DNA of 61,197 bases from a virus, in the IMG/VR virus record IMGVR_UViG_3300012344_000003, positions 1 to 61,197 of that record; one strand, given 5' to 3'. This document shows positions 1 through 8,015 of the stretch, in pieces. A program made the position numbers and the translations under genes. How positions within the stretch are numbered: position 1 is the first letter of the stretch; every line of letters begins with the position of its first letter. The notes below the pieces were generated by a model. The model was not told the origin of the DNA. It ran no database searches and saw nothing but the letters and a program-made list of their open reading frames with translations.

Positions 1-85
1 CGTGCTTTCTCAGTATCAATGTTCTGCTGCAAAGTAGTATCTGCTGCTTCTCTGCTCTGTGCCTCAGTATCAATGTTCTGCTGCA
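1..85. repeat. Terminal overlap: nt 1-85 are identical to nt 61113-61197 (closed circular or terminally redundant assembly)
   Basis: Both ends compared base by base, 85/85 identical; the overlap lies inside a coding tandem repeat. Confidence 0.9.
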
Positions 86-2525
86 AAGTAGTATCTGCTG
101 CTTCTCTGCTCTGTGCCTCAGTATCAATGTTCTGCTGAAGGGTCTCTTCAGCTCCTGTAGCTCTCGCCTCTTCAGCAGTGATTTTTCCTGCAAGCTCGGT
201 CTCAGCTGTCTCAGCACGTGCTTTCTCAGTAGCTTCAGCTTCTGTGGCCCTGGTCTCTTCAGCAGTGATATTTTCCTGGAGAACTTTTTCAGCAGCTTCT
301 GCTCTTGCCTGTTCAGCATCAATATTGCCCTGGAGGCGTGACTCAAGCACTTCATACTTGTCCACACGCTCATTAAGTGTTGTCTCAGCTTCAATTGCAC
401 GGCTTGTCTCAGTTGCAAGGTCCTCAGCAATCTTGGCTTCTGCCTTTGTGGCACGGTCAGTCTCAGCAGTGAGTCCTGCCTGGAGGCCTGCCTCTGCTTC
501 TTCTGCACGTTTCTGCTCAGCAGCTGTGAGAGCGTCACTTGCCTCAATAGCAGCCTGAAGCTCAGCTTCACGTGTCTCAGCGCGCTGCTTCTCAGCTGTA
601 ATATTAGCAGTATTATCTGCTGTGTTACTAGATACTGTGTCAATTTCGCTCTTGAGGAGAGTCTCCTGAGCAGTTGCTCTATCTGCTTCTGCTGTGATTT
701 CTTCAGTGAGCTTGTCTTCAGCATCTGTTGCGCGCTTGATTTCTGTAGCAAGACCTGCTGTGAGGACTGCTTCAGCATCTGTTGCGCGCTTAGTTTCTGC
801 TACTTCTGCTGCCTCAGCACGTGCTTTCTCAGCAGCCTCAGCTTCTGTCGCACGGACTGTCTCAGCTTCAATAGCAGCAGCATTATTGTCAATACGGATA
901 GAGAGGCCTTTCTCTGCGTCTGTTGCGCGGGTAGTCTCTTTGTTGATTTTCTTGTTGAGTGTAGAGAAGTTGATAATCTCCTCAAAGTCCGGAGTGCTTG
1001 ACTTGTCAATCATATCGAAATAGTATGCCTTGATGATAGCGTGGTCTTCAACAGGAAGAGTGGCATTACCGAACTCATCTGCTCCACAAAGCTCAGCGAG
1101 CTCAGGGTAGTCAAGAGCATTAAACTGGCTGCCATCACATGCCATGAATCCTTTAGGCACTTTCACAAGTTTGCCTGTGCCCTCATCCACGAACGGCCAG
1201 CGGAATACAGTTCCAACTGGGATTGTGCAGTTCTTGATGTCCTGTGAGGTCACGAAATATGATTCATGCTGGTTGCCTTCCTGGTCGTTCACAATCATTG
1301 AAGGGCGCGTAGTGAATGTTATGTCATTCAGGTCCTTATTACCGATGAAGAGCTGCTCATAGTCCTTGCCAATTCCATCAGGGTCCTTGAGCACTTCAAT
1401 ATGCAAAAGGTTCTTCGCCTCAGCAGTAAGGTAATTGTCTGACATGACACTGTTAGCAGTAATATCATCAAAAGTAATAGCACTGTCAGCACCCATTCCA
1501 ATAGCAGCGTCTGTGATTCCATTGAGCAGGCCAGTAGGCACAACAAAGCCAATCTGCCCTGGAGCAAGAAAGTTTATTCCTGCTACATGGAAATTGACAT
1601 TTGAGTAGTCTGAGCCTGCAGAAGCAAGCTTGCTTGATGAGATGCCGAGATATACAGCCTCATTGCCCTTACTGTCTGTTCCGTGCACAAGGTGGAATTT
1701 CATGTTCTGCCATGTGCCTGCTTTCTTTGATATATGCACAGAAAGCGAGCCGCTGAACTTTCCTTCAGCCTTTGTCGCTGACATATCAATAATTGCGTCA
1801 AATGGGTTTGTGTTCACATACTTGATATAGGCACGTGCCGGCTTTGCTGCCTGCTCTTTGTCAGGAGCATTATCATCATCAGTCCAGTCCATTGAGAGGC
1901 ATCCAAGTATGAAGATGCCGTTAGTGTCAGAAGAGTCCTGTGTGCCAGTTCCTGCAAAAGGAGCAGTGAAATGGCTCCACTTGGTGAAGTCAATGACATA
2001 GTGTGCATGCAGCTTGCCAATGAAGTATTCAGCTGTCTTGATGATAGTACTGAATGCAAGCTCTGCTGCCTCATCTTTATAGTGGGCAGCAAACTTGTCC
2101 CATTCAGCCTGCAGTTTGTCAAGCATTTCTGTAATAGTGTCAATGCTCTTCTGCATTGCCTCAGTAGTAGCAGTGTCTGCCTTTGCTGAAAGCGCTTTTT
2201 CATCTGCCTTTGCAGCAATAAGTTGCTCCATGTTCTGGACAGCATCAAGAAGCGCCTGCTTAGTAGCAGCAGCATCTGCTGTATCTTTGACTGCCGCGAG
2301 AGCAGTATTTTCTGCTTTTGCTCCAAGTAGTGCCTGGAGTTCTGCTTTTACTGAGTTTACGTAGCTTACAATGCCATGCACAGAGCTGTCTGTCGGAGCT
2401 ACAGCTGCAAGGTGTGCCTGCAGTGCAGATGACATATTATTGTAAGCATCGATAAGAGCAGTAATATCTTTTGCAGAGGGCCCAGAGGCACCCTGCGGTC
2501 CGTTCCACTGTGTAAATGTGCTCAT
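1..2525 (-). CDS. Tail fibre protein, first 841 codons. The gene crosses the window edge and continues at 61112 down to 60995, about 880 aa in the circular genome
   Basis: Manual translation from ATG 2525-2523 (GGAGG 7 nt upstream) stays open to nt 1; absent from the ORF track because it has no stop in the window. Tail-collar-like motif PKGFMACDGSQFNALDYPELAELCG..GNATLP, then ExxRAxxAE coiled-coil repeats. Confidence 0.8.
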   Translation of the reverse strand, partial: MSTFTQWNGPQGASGPSAKDITALIDAYNNMSSALQAHLAAVAPTDSSVHGIVSYVNSVKAELQALLGAKAENTALAAVKDTADAAATKQALLDAVQNMEQLIAAKADEKALSAKADTATTEAMQKSIDTITEMLDKLQAEWDKFAAHYKDEAAELAFSTIIKTAEYFIGKLHAHYVIDFTKWSHFTAPFAGTGTQDSSDTNGIFILGCLSMDWTDDDNAPDKEQAAKPARAYIKYVNTNPFDAIIDMSATKAEGKFSGSLSVHISKKAGTWQNMKFHLVHGTDSKGNEAVYLGISSSKLASAGSDYSNVNFHVAGINFLAPGQIGFVVPTGLLNGITDAAIGMGADSAITFDDITANSVMSDNYLTAEAKNLLHIEVLKDPDGIGKDYEQLFIGNKDLNDITFTTRPSMIVNDQEGNQHESYFVTSQDIKNCTIPVGTVFRWPFVDEGTGKLVKVPKGFMACDGSQFNALDYPELAELCGADEFGNATLPVEDHAIIKAYYFDMIDKSSTPDFEEIINFSTLNKKINKETTRATDAEKGLSIRIDNNAAAIEAETVRATEAEAAEKARAEAAEVAETKRATDAEAVLTAGLATEIKRATDAEDKLTEEITAEADRATAQETLLKSEIDTVSSNTADNTANITAEKQRAETREAELQAAIEASDALTAAEQKRAEEAEAGLQAGLTAETDRATKAEAKIAEDLATETSRAIEAETTLNERVDKYEVLESRLQGNIDAEQARAEAAEKVLQENITAEETRATEAEATEKARAETAETELAGKITAEEARATGAEETLQQNIDTEAQSREAADTTLQQNIDTEAQSREAADTTLQQNIDTEKA
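11..137 (-). repeat. 54-bp in-frame tandem repeat: full copies at 11-64 and 65-118, 19-nt partial copy at 119-137
   Basis: The full copies are identical; on the minus strand each encodes QQNIDTEAQSREAADTTL inside the fibre gene. Confidence 0.9.
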
Positions 2526-2540
2526 TCAAGGCCCTCCGGC

Positions 2541-2861
2541 TTATTCATCAGCTTCTTCGTCGTCTGAATCTTCGTCGTCTGAATCTTCGTCTTCACTATC
2601 AGCTTCATCTGCAGCGTCTACAAGCGGGACATCCTCATCGTCCTCGTCATCTTCTACTACCGGGTCTTCAGGCTCATCTTCAAATGACTGCCCGTCAGGA
2701 GTATGAAGGAAAGCAGGAATCTTGTAGCCAAGGAGCATCTCTGCGTCTTCCCTGTCCATGTTTCCTGTAATCGCCAAGTCAGTGATGATTGTCTGGTAAA
2801 GCGGGTTTTTGCGCTGGTTGTCCATCATCATGTTATTAAGGATGTTTCTGCTAATTCTCAT
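2541..2861 (-). CDS. Hypothetical late protein with a hyper-acidic C-terminal tail
   Basis: 106 aa; the last ~50 residues are almost only D/E (EDEPEDPVVEDDEDDEDVPLVDAADEADSEDEDSDDEDSDDEEADE); tightly packed in the late operon. Confidence 0.6.
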   Translation of the reverse strand: MRISRNILNNMMMDNQRKNPLYQTIITDLAITGNMDREDAEMLLGYKIPAFLHTPDGQSFEDEPEDPVVEDDEDDEDVPLVDAADEADSEDEDSDDEDSDDEEADE

Positions 2862-2876
2862 AATAAGCTCCTTGCT

Positions 2877-4487
2877 TTATATACTGGCTCCGGCGTTGCG
2901 GAGCATTCTTCCAATCTGCTCAGGGTCAATGTCTTTCGACATATCATTATACTCGCTGTATGCCTGCTGAAGGCGTGCCCTGTTCACACCCTTAGCAGCA
3001 AGGTCATTATTAAACCTCTCATCAAAGTAGCTGTCAAGGTCATCTATGGTTATATTACCCATATCTTTGCCAGCATGAATCCTCGTTGTCTGGACATCAC
3101 CAAGCAGTGGAGGCTTGTACACATGGCGGTCTCCTATGCTCCTCTTGCTTGAGAGCTCAGCAGTCTTGTCTTTGTACTCATTCGGAGTAGGGCGCCTGCC
3201 ATGCTCCTTCTCAAAGTCCTGCATCCACTGCCTGAGCTCATTGATGTCATATCCCTCACTTTCATGGCCCTGCATCTTTGGCACATCAAAGTACTCACCA
3301 CTTGATGGCCGTCCAACAGGTCCGCCTGTCCCTTCATTCTTGTTCCAGTACTCGAACCGGAACTGTGAGCAGTCCTTAGTTCCCCTAATCCTTATCAGGT
3401 CCCAGAAGCGTATTCCAAGTACATGCCGCTGGCTGCCGTCAAAAGTATTTGTGGACTCCTGCTTTGTCTCAGCAAAGTGGAGCAGCTCAAAAGCAACAGT
3501 GTCTGGTATACGATAGTAAATCACTATATCACCATTAGCAAATATCACTTTAAGCAGCTTGTAGTAGTTAGAGTACTCGAGCCCTGATATGTGCCCACAC
3601 TCTCCGTCCCATTTATATGTCTTATGCTTACCGTCAAATGCTTTGACAGCATATTCATATGAAGATGTCCCGTCAGCCATTACTTCGACTTCTGAGGCAC
3701 CTTTATACCCATGCTGGTTTCCGAATCCAAGCGGAACACCCAGCTCTGAATCAATCACCTGAGCAGTACGTCCGTCAGCAAGGTGTATTGTCTTCTTTGG
3801 CGGCTTCTTGACCTTATTATAGTCAATACCTATGTCAGCCATCTGCTTCTTGGTAAGCTTCTTGAAGCTGCCATATTTGTTGTTCCATGGTGAGAGCCCT
3901 GCATATGCTTCTGGGCTAATACGCCCATGGAAAGTACGCTCAAGCTCAGCCTTTTTCTGCTTATGAGCAACACGCTGAGCAGTCTTCATCTGCTTTTCAG
4001 CAGACCTCTGAGCAAGTGTATTATCACGCTTGTCAATCCTATGCTGATAGGCATTCAGCTTGCCAAGATAGTCCTCATACTTTTTACGGTATGTCTCCCA
4101 CTGTGGGCCTGTGCCTTTGTCATAGTCTTCCTGGGCCTTCTTATATGCAGCATACTCCTGCATATACTTTGTAGCCTCACTTTTTTTGAGCGGACGGCCA
4201 CGGAACTGTTCTGTAATCAGCTCGCCATTATTAGCAAGTGCTGGCACTCCATACAACTTATGGAGCTTGCCATTGATAATGACTGGAGTAACCCTTTTCT
4301 CTCCTGGGCGGAGAGGGAGCATACTCCAGTCTTTAGGCTCGACATAAGGGCCATGTGGCACGCCAGACAGGGCCTTTGAAAGCCTTTCAGATTTCAAGGC
4401 CCTCTCATTCTGAAGGAGTTTGTTACGCTTCACAAACTGCTGGTTTGCCTCTTCAAATGAAAGGTCTGTCGGCAAGCTGTAGGCCAT
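2877..4487 (-). CDS. KTSC-domain-like protein in the virion module
   Basis: 536 aa; GLEYSNYYKLLKVIFANGDIVIYYRIPDTVAFELLHFAETKQ resembles the remembered KTSC consensus; lies directly downstream of the capsid gene. Confidence 0.55.
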   Translation of the reverse strand: MAYSLPTDLSFEEANQQFVKRNKLLQNERALKSERLSKALSGVPHGPYVEPKDWSMLPLRPGEKRVTPVIINGKLHKLYGVPALANNGELITEQFRGRPLKKSEATKYMQEYAAYKKAQEDYDKGTGPQWETYRKKYEDYLGKLNAYQHRIDKRDNTLAQRSAEKQMKTAQRVAHKQKKAELERTFHGRISPEAYAGLSPWNNKYGSFKKLTKKQMADIGIDYNKVKKPPKKTIHLADGRTAQVIDSELGVPLGFGNQHGYKGASEVEVMADGTSSYEYAVKAFDGKHKTYKWDGECGHISGLEYSNYYKLLKVIFANGDIVIYYRIPDTVAFELLHFAETKQESTNTFDGSQRHVLGIRFWDLIRIRGTKDCSQFRFEYWNKNEGTGGPVGRPSSGEYFDVPKMQGHESEGYDINELRQWMQDFEKEHGRRPTPNEYKDKTAELSSKRSIGDRHVYKPPLLGDVQTTRIHAGKDMGNITIDDLDSYFDERFNNDLAAKGVNRARLQQAYSEYNDMSKDIDPEQIGRMLRNAGASI

Positions 4488-4497
4488 CTGTCAGTCC

Positions 4498-6144
4498 TTA
4501 TACAGTCATCAAGTCAGTGATTGGCTCACGGAGCTTAACAACAGTATATGTATATGGGTACTCTGTGAAGAGTGCTCCCATTTCATGCATAGCAACAGGC
4601 ACAACATTCTTAGGATGGCGGATGTTGTTTCCATTGCTGAATGAAGCAAGGCGTCCGTCAGTAAGAGTTGGTGAACCATAAGTGATACGCTGTGAAATGT
4701 CAAGCTTTGTGATAAGCTCATTCGGAATCTGGAGCTCTTCAATCTTCGGAGGAGTTGACTTGCCCCATGTCTCCTGGATGTACTTGTCAATTTCAAATGT
4801 CGCATTGTCCCAGCAGTTGTAGCTGAGGTCATTCTTAGGACCGATGACAATGACATCTGTCGGCATGTTGAGGTCTTCAACAACTTCCTTGACAACCTGA
4901 TTTCCAATCTGGTAATCAGTTGACTTGACACCACGCTGGTAAACAATAGGACCAGCAACAAAGTTGTCGCGGAGTACCTGAACAGAGTTGCCTTCTTCAT
5001 AGCCAAGTGCTACGCGGGTAACAGGGTTCATCCAGATGCCAATATCAGCATAAGGAACTGTTGCTTTTGTCAAGAACGCACCACGCATGATAGCATCGAT
5101 GATGTGCTCACCATCTTTCTGGAGGATATAACCACCAGCCTGTTCTGTAGAATAAGCAAGGCGGTTGCTCTGTCCACGATATGGCATATCAAGGCCGAGA
5201 CGTGTCTCCATGTCTGCTGGGTCTGTATACCATGGGAAGAGGTCAGCAATACCTTCCATAGCACCTGTTACAGCGTTTGCACCTTCAGTGTATTTGCCTG
5301 TTCCTGTGAACTGGTCATAAACACCCTGGAATGGGCCATTATTTACTGTAATAGCAGCATTGTCCCACTGGCTGAATGCATCAGCAGGCATACCAACAAT
5401 TTCGCGGTTCTGAGCAACTTCAAGGAACTGTCCGTCTGCCCAAGCAGATACTTTTGTACCAATTGGCAAGAGTGAGAGTTCATTTGGCTGATTGTCAAGC
5501 ACCATGTAGAGTTCTTCTACATCTGCTGCACCCCAAGGCTTTGCTTCTTTTGTCTTGATAAGCATCTTGCCGCGCTTAAAGTTGCTGTTGAAAACGTTTA
5601 CAGGCACTTTGATTGTGAACGGAGTTCCGAGCACAGGTGTGAATACGTTGGCAACTGGGTTTTTCGAAGCGCCAGTAGAAGGAGCCTTGATAGAAGCACG
5701 AATCTGATGAACAACACCAAAGCGGCCATGGATTGCGAAGTTCTTAAAGAGAGCAGCAACGTTGTTACGGAGTGAGTGCATGCGTGTAGCATAGTCAGAG
5801 TTGAATGCGGCTCTTTTTTCTTTTGTTTCAAGGTTGACCATCATGTCAACATCAAAGCCATCAGTAACAGTACCATAAGTTGCATGGTATGTTCCATATT
5901 CCAAATCACCAGGCTTGCGGAGGCCTACAGTATCTTTGTAAACCTGAGAGTTCAAAGAACCACCAGTATTTGTGTTTGCCAAGAGCATGCGGTATTCGAA
6001 CTTGTCATTGAAGTCCCAAGCACGCTTTTTGCTGCGGATTAATCTTACGATGTCTGACTGACATGGAAAAAGTCCATTGAGCAAGTAGTCAGTAATGAAT
6101 ACCTGCTTACTGAGCGCTTCCAACTGGTCTGTTGTAATTGCCAT
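4498..6144 (-). CDS. Major capsid protein (candidate, HK97-fold class)
   Basis: 548 aa, follows the scaffold-like and acidic genes, best SD in the arm. Start moved to ATG 6144 (GGAGG 5 nt upstream) from ORF-track start 6156. Call based on position and size only. Confidence 0.65.
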   Translation of the reverse strand: MAITTDQLEALSKQVFITDYLLNGLFPCQSDIVRLIRSKKRAWDFNDKFEYRMLLANTNTGGSLNSQVYKDTVGLRKPGDLEYGTYHATYGTVTDGFDVDMMVNLETKEKRAAFNSDYATRMHSLRNNVAALFKNFAIHGRFGVVHQIRASIKAPSTGASKNPVANVFTPVLGTPFTIKVPVNVFNSNFKRGKMLIKTKEAKPWGAADVEELYMVLDNQPNELSLLPIGTKVSAWADGQFLEVAQNREIVGMPADAFSQWDNAAITVNNGPFQGVYDQFTGTGKYTEGANAVTGAMEGIADLFPWYTDPADMETRLGLDMPYRGQSNRLAYSTEQAGGYILQKDGEHIIDAIMRGAFLTKATVPYADIGIWMNPVTRVALGYEEGNSVQVLRDNFVAGPIVYQRGVKSTDYQIGNQVVKEVVEDLNMPTDVIVIGPKNDLSYNCWDNATFEIDKYIQETWGKSTPPKIEELQIPNELITKLDISQRITYGSPTLTDGRLASFSNGNNIRHPKNVVPVAMHEMGALFTEYPYTYTVVKLREPITDLMTV

Positions 6145-6204
6145 ATTTACCTCCATATAGCATTAAAAAGAAAATATAAAGTCTGCTTTTTGAGCAGGTA
6201 CTTA

Positions 6205-6804
6205 CTAGTAGCGTCTTTCTGTAAGAGCACCTATGATGTCATTCCAAGAGCTGTCATCACTACTCTTATCTTCTACAGTGCCTGTAGAGTCAATGTCAGC
6301 TATAGCATGTTCTTCTGGTGTTTCAGGCTTGAACTTACCGCCAACGCCAAGCTCCTTGCGGATTTCTACCTCTTCTGGTGTCTCCGCCTTGTAGTCGTCA
6401 TCAGTGATTGCCTTCTTTACAGCATTGGCCTTTATCTTGCCCTTGCCGTCTTTCACTTCGACTTCCTCAGGCTTGCCGTTGCTGTCCTTGTCTATAGCAG
6501 TCATATCAATATTGCCATCACCATCTACATCCATAGCCATTTTTGTTTCCTGTTCAGTAGTAATAGGCTTGAAGTCATCAGGAAGACGGAACTCACCATC
6601 ACCATTGAGGTAGTCCTCATAGAGCTTGACAAGCTCATCCTCATCATAGTCATAGACATCCTTGAGGTAATCTACAAGGTCGCGTGAAGTGAGGCCGTCG
6701 AAATTCACCTCTTCATCATCGCCATCTGCTCGTGACTCTTCAGCCACAAAGTCCTTAAGGAAAGACTGGAGCTCTGGCATTTCAAGTGCTTCTGGCTTGA
6801 ACAT
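6205..6804 (-). CDS. Acidic protein with an EF-hand/dockerin-like Ca-binding loop
   Basis: 199 aa, very D/E-rich; loop DVDGDGNIDMTAIDKDSNG fits the DxDxDGxID pattern; lies between the scaffold-like and capsid genes. Confidence 0.55.
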   Translation of the reverse strand: MFKPEALEMPELQSFLKDFVAEESRADGDDEEVNFDGLTSRDLVDYLKDVYDYDEDELVKLYEDYLNGDGEFRLPDDFKPITTEQETKMAMDVDGDGNIDMTAIDKDSNGKPEEVEVKDGKGKIKANAVKKAITDDDYKAETPEEVEIRKELGVGGKFKPETPEEHAIADIDSTGTVEDKSSDDSSWNDIIGALTERRY

Positions 6805-6805
6805 A

Positions 6806-7645
6806 TTAATATCCTCCCAGACAGGCTGAAATAATATTGCTGCTCAAACGCTGCTGGTTAGCAGGCTGTACAGAAACATTCTTCTTTACTGCCTTCATTC
6901 TTCTGTCAGAGACAATTCCACGTATGAACTTTGCCCGCTGTTCTTTTTTGTTGCCATCTTTGGCAGCAGGCTTGGTGTCCTTTGCCTGCTTTGACTCTTC
7001 TTCGCGCTTCTTCATTTCTGATGTCTTCCCCCAGTTATCCTGCATATTCTTAATGCGTTTCATGCGTGCATCAGAAACTACATCACCTTCAGGAAGTGGC
7101 TCCTGCATCTGTTCAGGAGGAACTTCCGCTGGAGGCTCACCTGCACCTGCTGGCATTTCTTCTTCAGGCATTGGAGCTCCCTCCATCCCTGCTTCTGCTG
7201 GCATTTCTTCAGGAGCACCTTCCATAGGAAGCTGTTCTTCTGGTATCATGCCTGCTTCTGCCTCAGAAAGCTCAGCTGGCATTTCTTCAGAAGCTACTGA
7301 CATATCTGCGCCAGTAGCTGCTGCTGCCGCTTCAACAGATTCCTGCATGTTATCTATCTTGTCAAGGAGCTCACTTCCCTGCTCCATAGTATCCTTAATC
7401 GTATCAAGGAGCATTGTAGCTTCCATTCTGAGCTGGTCAAGGATTTCCTGTACTGCCTCATCAGCAGCAGATGTATCCACACCACGGCGGTTCAGCTCAT
7501 TGAGGATAATAAGCCCAAGGCTTGAGTTATTTGAAATGCGGCTGCCATACTTGTCCATAAAGGCCTGCTGAGCAGCTTTTTGCATATCAGTGGCCCGTGC
7601 ACGCTCCAAGCTGCCAAGCCTCATTGAAAGTTCTTCCAAATCCAT
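6806..7645 (-). CDS. Scaffolding-like protein
   Basis: 279 aa with a helical N-terminus and E/P/A/M-rich acidic repeats (EEMPAE, PEEMPAEAGMEGAP), upstream of the capsid block. Start set to ATG 7645 (GGAGG 5 nt upstream). Confidence 0.5.
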   Translation of the reverse strand: MDLEELSMRLGSLERARATDMQKAAQQAFMDKYGSRISNNSSLGLIILNELNRRGVDTSAADEAVQEILDQLRMEATMLLDTIKDTMEQGSELLDKIDNMQESVEAAAAATGADMSVASEEMPAELSEAEAGMIPEEQLPMEGAPEEMPAEAGMEGAPMPEEEMPAGAGEPPAEVPPEQMQEPLPEGDVVSDARMKRIKNMQDNWGKTSEMKKREEESKQAKDTKPAAKDGNKKEQRAKFIRGIVSDRRMKAVKKNVSVQPANQQRLSSNIISACLGGY

Positions 7646-7664
7646 TGGAACCTCCATTATAAGA

Positions 7665-7693
7665 AATATACTCTATAAAATGCTCCATGTAAA
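7665..7693 (-). promoter_or_regulatory. Sigma70-like promoter candidate for the scaffold-capsid block
   Basis: Minus strand reads TTTACA (7693-7688), 17-nt spacer, TATATT (7670-7665), in the 40-nt gap upstream of the scaffold-like gene. Confidence 0.4.
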
Positions 7694-7697
7694 TATG

Positions 7698-8015
7698 TTA
7701 AAAAGGAGCAAAACTGCTTTTACCTAGACGGTGCCCACGGTCATCCTCACCCTGCTTCTTGCCCTGCCAGTTATTCATATAACGGCGGATTGCCTCCTGT
7801 GCAAGAGCAGTGCAGTCATTATCTGAAAGGGACTTGTCCCCATGCTGCAGGGCAAAGTCCCTTGCCTTCATGGTAAGCCGCTTCTCCATGCCTTCTGCTA
7901 CACTTGACTGACGCATAGCATCATAGCTTGCCTCCTGGCGGAGATAGCTCTGCAGGGCCTGAATAACTTCCTCTTGGTCTGTTTTCTCTGCCTGCTCTCT
8001 GTTCTCTGCAATCAT
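7698..8015 (-). CDS. Hypothetical protein (late arm)
   Basis: 105-aa ORF whose start overlaps the upstream stop by 4 nt; no motif recognised. Confidence 0.55.
   Translation of the reverse strand: MIAENREQAEKTDQEEVIQALQSYLRQEASYDAMRQSSVAEGMEKRLTMKARDFALQHGDKSLSDNDCTALAQEAIRRYMNNWQGKKQGEDDRGHRLGKSSFAPF

Noticed and set aside
11-137. Possible CRISPR array or non-coding satellite
   Set aside because: The 54-bp units are contiguous with no spacers, in frame, and translate to a sensible heptad-like coiled coil inside the fibre gene.
178-1023. Plus-strand ORFs 178-558 and 694-1023 (Ser/Ala/Val-rich 126 and 109 aa)
   Set aside because: They are antisense shadows of the minus-strand coiled-coil repeats (GCx/GAx-rich codons read backwards). 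They have no SD and low-complexity products. The minus-strand frame is continuous and has a proper SD.
6183-6197. Hairpin CTGCT-TTTTG-AGCAG between the acidic gene and the capsid gene as an attenuator
   Set aside because: The stem is only 5 bp and the extension gives a C-A mismatch on the transcribed strand. That is too weak to call.
6837-7571. 244-aa plus-strand ORF opposite the scaffold-like gene
   Set aside because: Its low-complexity S/A/G/I-rich product lies antisense to an acidic repeat gene that has a strong SD and operon context.
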